Made by a program: the position numbers and the translations under genes | Notes under the pieces: generated by a model | What the model saw: only the letters and a program-made list of their open reading frames with translations | Databases searched by the model: none | Told to the model about the DNA's origin: nothing | Source of the DNA: a virus | Length of the DNA stretch: 24,377 nt | Reading direction: 5' to 3' (one strand) | IMG/VR virus record: IMGVR_UViG_3300025313_000008 | Span: 1 to 24,377 of that record | In this document: positions 22,168 through 24,377 of the stretch, piece after piece | Numbering within the stretch: the first letter of the stretch is position 1 | How the letters are laid out: each line of letters opens with the position of its first letter

Positions 22168-22998
22168 CTAATTTTTTATTACTGATTTTTCCCATCCATA
22201 CGCTAAATCTGGAATTAGAACTTGATAATATTTACTAAATCCATCTTCACCATAAAGTTCTATTAGTGCTTTGATATCATCATTTGTTATTTGTATATCT
22301 TTCAAGTTTTTTGAACGTACATCAAATTGTGGAAGCATAATTGATTTAAAATCATTTCTAGTTGTATCACTCCAATGACCTAGTCCCATTGCATGAGCAA
22401 ATTCATGCTGAACAACTATTCTAATTGCTTCATCAGAAATTGGTTCTGACGTAAACATTGATTTACCTAATTTTACTTCATATGAACCATCAGCATTTTT
22501 TGTCATGTTGGTAAAATCTAATTGACCTAAATTTATTTCATTTGTTGGTGCAAATGTGAAAATATCTATAAATGAAAATTTATGAGTTGAACTTCTATAA
22601 TCAAAAGATGTGTATCCTTGTGCCATACCTAAATCACTTTCCATTGGATTTAAATTCTCGGCATCAAATACTATCAATACATTACATTGGGGGAAATCTG
22701 TTGGTTTTTTATCAAAGTGAGTAGAATTATGTATGAATTCATATGTAAAATCCCAATTACCTCCATTGGCTTCTTTTTCCAGTTGTTTAGACCATTCACT
22801 TATCCATTTTACGGTTTTTTTATAAAGTCCTCTTTTTGCAAAATCTACTTGTGGGTTTTCGGCTTCAAATACACAAACATTGGGGTTATTGGATTCGATC
22901 CTTATTTTCATGTATTCTGTATAATCCGCATATGCTAAATTTGAACCTAATAGTCCTATAATTAACAAAAGCACTAATACTGGTGCTATTTTTTGCAT
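22168..22998 (-). CDS. secreted matrixin (M10-like) zinc metalloprotease
   Basis: Signal peptide ending AYA; HEFAHAMGLGH, Met-turn SIMLP, DDIKALIELYG. Confidence 0.88.
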   Translation of the reverse strand: MQKIAPVLVLLLIIGLLGSNLAYADYTEYMKIRIESNNPNVCVFEAENPQVDFAKRGLYKKTVKWISEWSKQLEKEANGGNWDFTYEFIHNSTHFDKKPTDFPQCNVLIVFDAENLNPMESDLGMAQGYTSFDYRSSTHKFSFIDIFTFAPTNEINLGQLDFTNMTKNADGSYEVKLGKSMFTSEPISDEAIRIVVQHEFAHAMGLGHWSDTTRNDFKSIMLPQFDVRSKNLKDIQITNDDIKALIELYGEDGFSKYYQVLIPDLAYGWEKSVIKN

Positions 22999-23104
22999 AT
23001 TTTATATAACCTTTTCTCATATATTAATAGATAAAAGGTGTTTTATCAGACCGTATCTAGAATGTCCGAATGGCTTTTCAACCGTCATTATTTCTATATA
23101 TATA

Positions 23105-23542
23105 CTACTTATAAACCTTTCTTCTTATCTTATTCGTATACCAATCTTTTCGCCATTCTGCCCACGTTGATGCCTGTAACCCATAATACTTAGCCATAAA
23201 AGCTTCTGGAGTCATTATTTCCCCATTTAATTTCCATGGTTCAACCTTGACTAAACACGTTCTATCCTTTTTAAATGGTTCTACAACCAAACAAAAGAAC
23301 TTTTTACTACATTCTTCTAATTCGTTTCTTTCATCTGGAGCAATATAGTCTTCTTTCGCCGTGTTTTTGCATTGTGCGTAAAGTGCTATTGAATTATTTG
23401 CCCATCGTGGAGGAATTGATCTAACGTCAGCAACTCCTTTAGATGCATATGATCTTACATTATCAAAGTGATGATAAAGACAATAATACAGCCATTCATA
23501 TTCAAAAGATGCACCTTTCTTATATTGCCAATTTCTACCCAT
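23105..23542 (-). CDS. Holliday junction resolvase, Hjc-like PD-(D/E)xK
   Basis: YKKGASFEY...VRSYASKGVAD...AQCK. Confidence 0.75.
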   Translation of the reverse strand: MGRNWQYKKGASFEYEWLYYCLYHHFDNVRSYASKGVADVRSIPPRWANNSIALYAQCKNTAKEDYIAPDERNELEECSKKFFCLVVEPFKKDRTCLVKVEPWKLNGEIMTPEAFMAKYYGLQASTWAEWRKDWYTNKIRRKVYK

Positions 23543-23574
23543 ATTATATCTACATTAAGGTGTAATTTAAATGA

Positions 23575-24351
23575 TTAGTATTTTTTACCACACATTTGGC
23601 ATTTGCCATTTATTTTTTCGGTAATAACTTTGCAATTTGGACAATCTACATAACTAGGATCTTCTTCTAATGATCTCATCCATTGTTGGTGTCCCTTTTT
23701 ACCACTTCCTTTTCCACCTTCTTTTGCTTCTTTTACAGTATGTTGATAATCTGAATCAAATACATGTCCGGAAGGAACAAATACGTGTCCAGAATAATCT
23801 GTATGTTTATCTTTTGTAGTACCGCAAAATGCACATTTATTCGGATTTAATGCTTCTGTTATTCCATGTTTAGTTTTAAGATGATTTTTCATATCAGAAT
23901 ACATAGAACCTCCCGTATATTCATATTCTAAAATATCAAATCCTTTGGAACATATATTACATTTATAATAACCTCGAGTTTCACCATGATAAGCATCGGG
24001 TGGATCATAACTATAATATTTATCTTCCCAATCTTCTTCATTCTCTTTTGCTTTATGGTATCCAGCATATTCATATTCATCTGGACTTGAAGTTTTCCCT
24101 GATATATAGTCTTTTTCTGCTTTATCTAAATAATTTTGTATTCCTTGGTTCTTCCAGCCTACGTGTGCCTTATCTTTTCTTTTTGGATCTTTACTCGCAT
24201 ATGGTTTTCTACCACTTCCTACACCTCCTTCTTCCGCCAGATTCTGTCTAAACCAATCAGGTAGTTCATTCCATTCTGAATTTACTAGTTGATCTATTTG
24301 TTGCATAGATACAAGAGGATCTGAACTATCACCAAAATATCCAGCATCCAT
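23575..24351 (-). CDS. modular zinc-finger protein with GGxGSG repeats (putative virion-internal protein)
   Basis: EGGVGSGRK and EGGKGSGKK; C2H2 (CNIC...HLKTKH), CAFCG..H, CPNC..CQMCG. Confidence 0.65.
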   Translation of the reverse strand: MDAGYFGDSSDPLVSMQQIDQLVNSEWNELPDWFRQNLAEEGGVGSGRKPYASKDPKRKDKAHVGWKNQGIQNYLDKAEKDYISGKTSSPDEYEYAGYHKAKENEEDWEDKYYSYDPPDAYHGETRGYYKCNICSKGFDILEYEYTGGSMYSDMKNHLKTKHGITEALNPNKCAFCGTTKDKHTDYSGHVFVPSGHVFDSDYQHTVKEAKEGGKGSGKKGHQQWMRSLEEDPSYVDCPNCKVITEKINGKCQMCGKKY

Positions 24352-24377
24352 AACTAAATCTCTTCTTGAACTTTGAC

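Noticed and set aside
666-24251. All plus-strand ORFs in the track
   Set aside because: Mostly antisense shadows of minus-strand genes (a few overlap RNA candidates), with F/L/I/S-rich composition and no motifs

Overview
AT-rich fragment of a tailed archaeal virus or provirus (Caudoviricetes). The host is most likely Nitrososphaerota/Thaumarchaeota; this is inferred from TATA boxes ~23-26 nt before leaderless start codons, oligo-T terminators, an A1:U72 initiator-type tRNA-Met, an Hjc-type resolvase and many Cys-rich micro-proteins. Virtually all genes are on the minus strand: terminase large and small subunits, SF2 helicase, SWIM protein, Mom-like DNA modification enzyme, TusA-fold protein lacking its catalytic Cys, ParB-N protein, HicB-like protein, dual-specificity phosphatase, a 665-aa ROT/TROVE-like + TerD-like protein, SprT-like and matrixin-type Zn proteases, primase-polymerase and a modular Zn-finger protein. 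Only the tRNA is on +. Most notable: (1) the ROT/TerD gene is bracketed by two copies of a covarying RNA hairpin, one burying its own start codon and one right after its stop, between a divergent initiator tRNA and a phosphatase; (2) at least five other intergenic structured-RNA candidates with their own TATA boxes, some with pseudoknots or K-turns; (3) a standalone mini-gene carrying a 54%-identical copy of the terminase Walker-B segment (possible decoy or regulator). All calls come from manual reading; no searches or folding programs were run.
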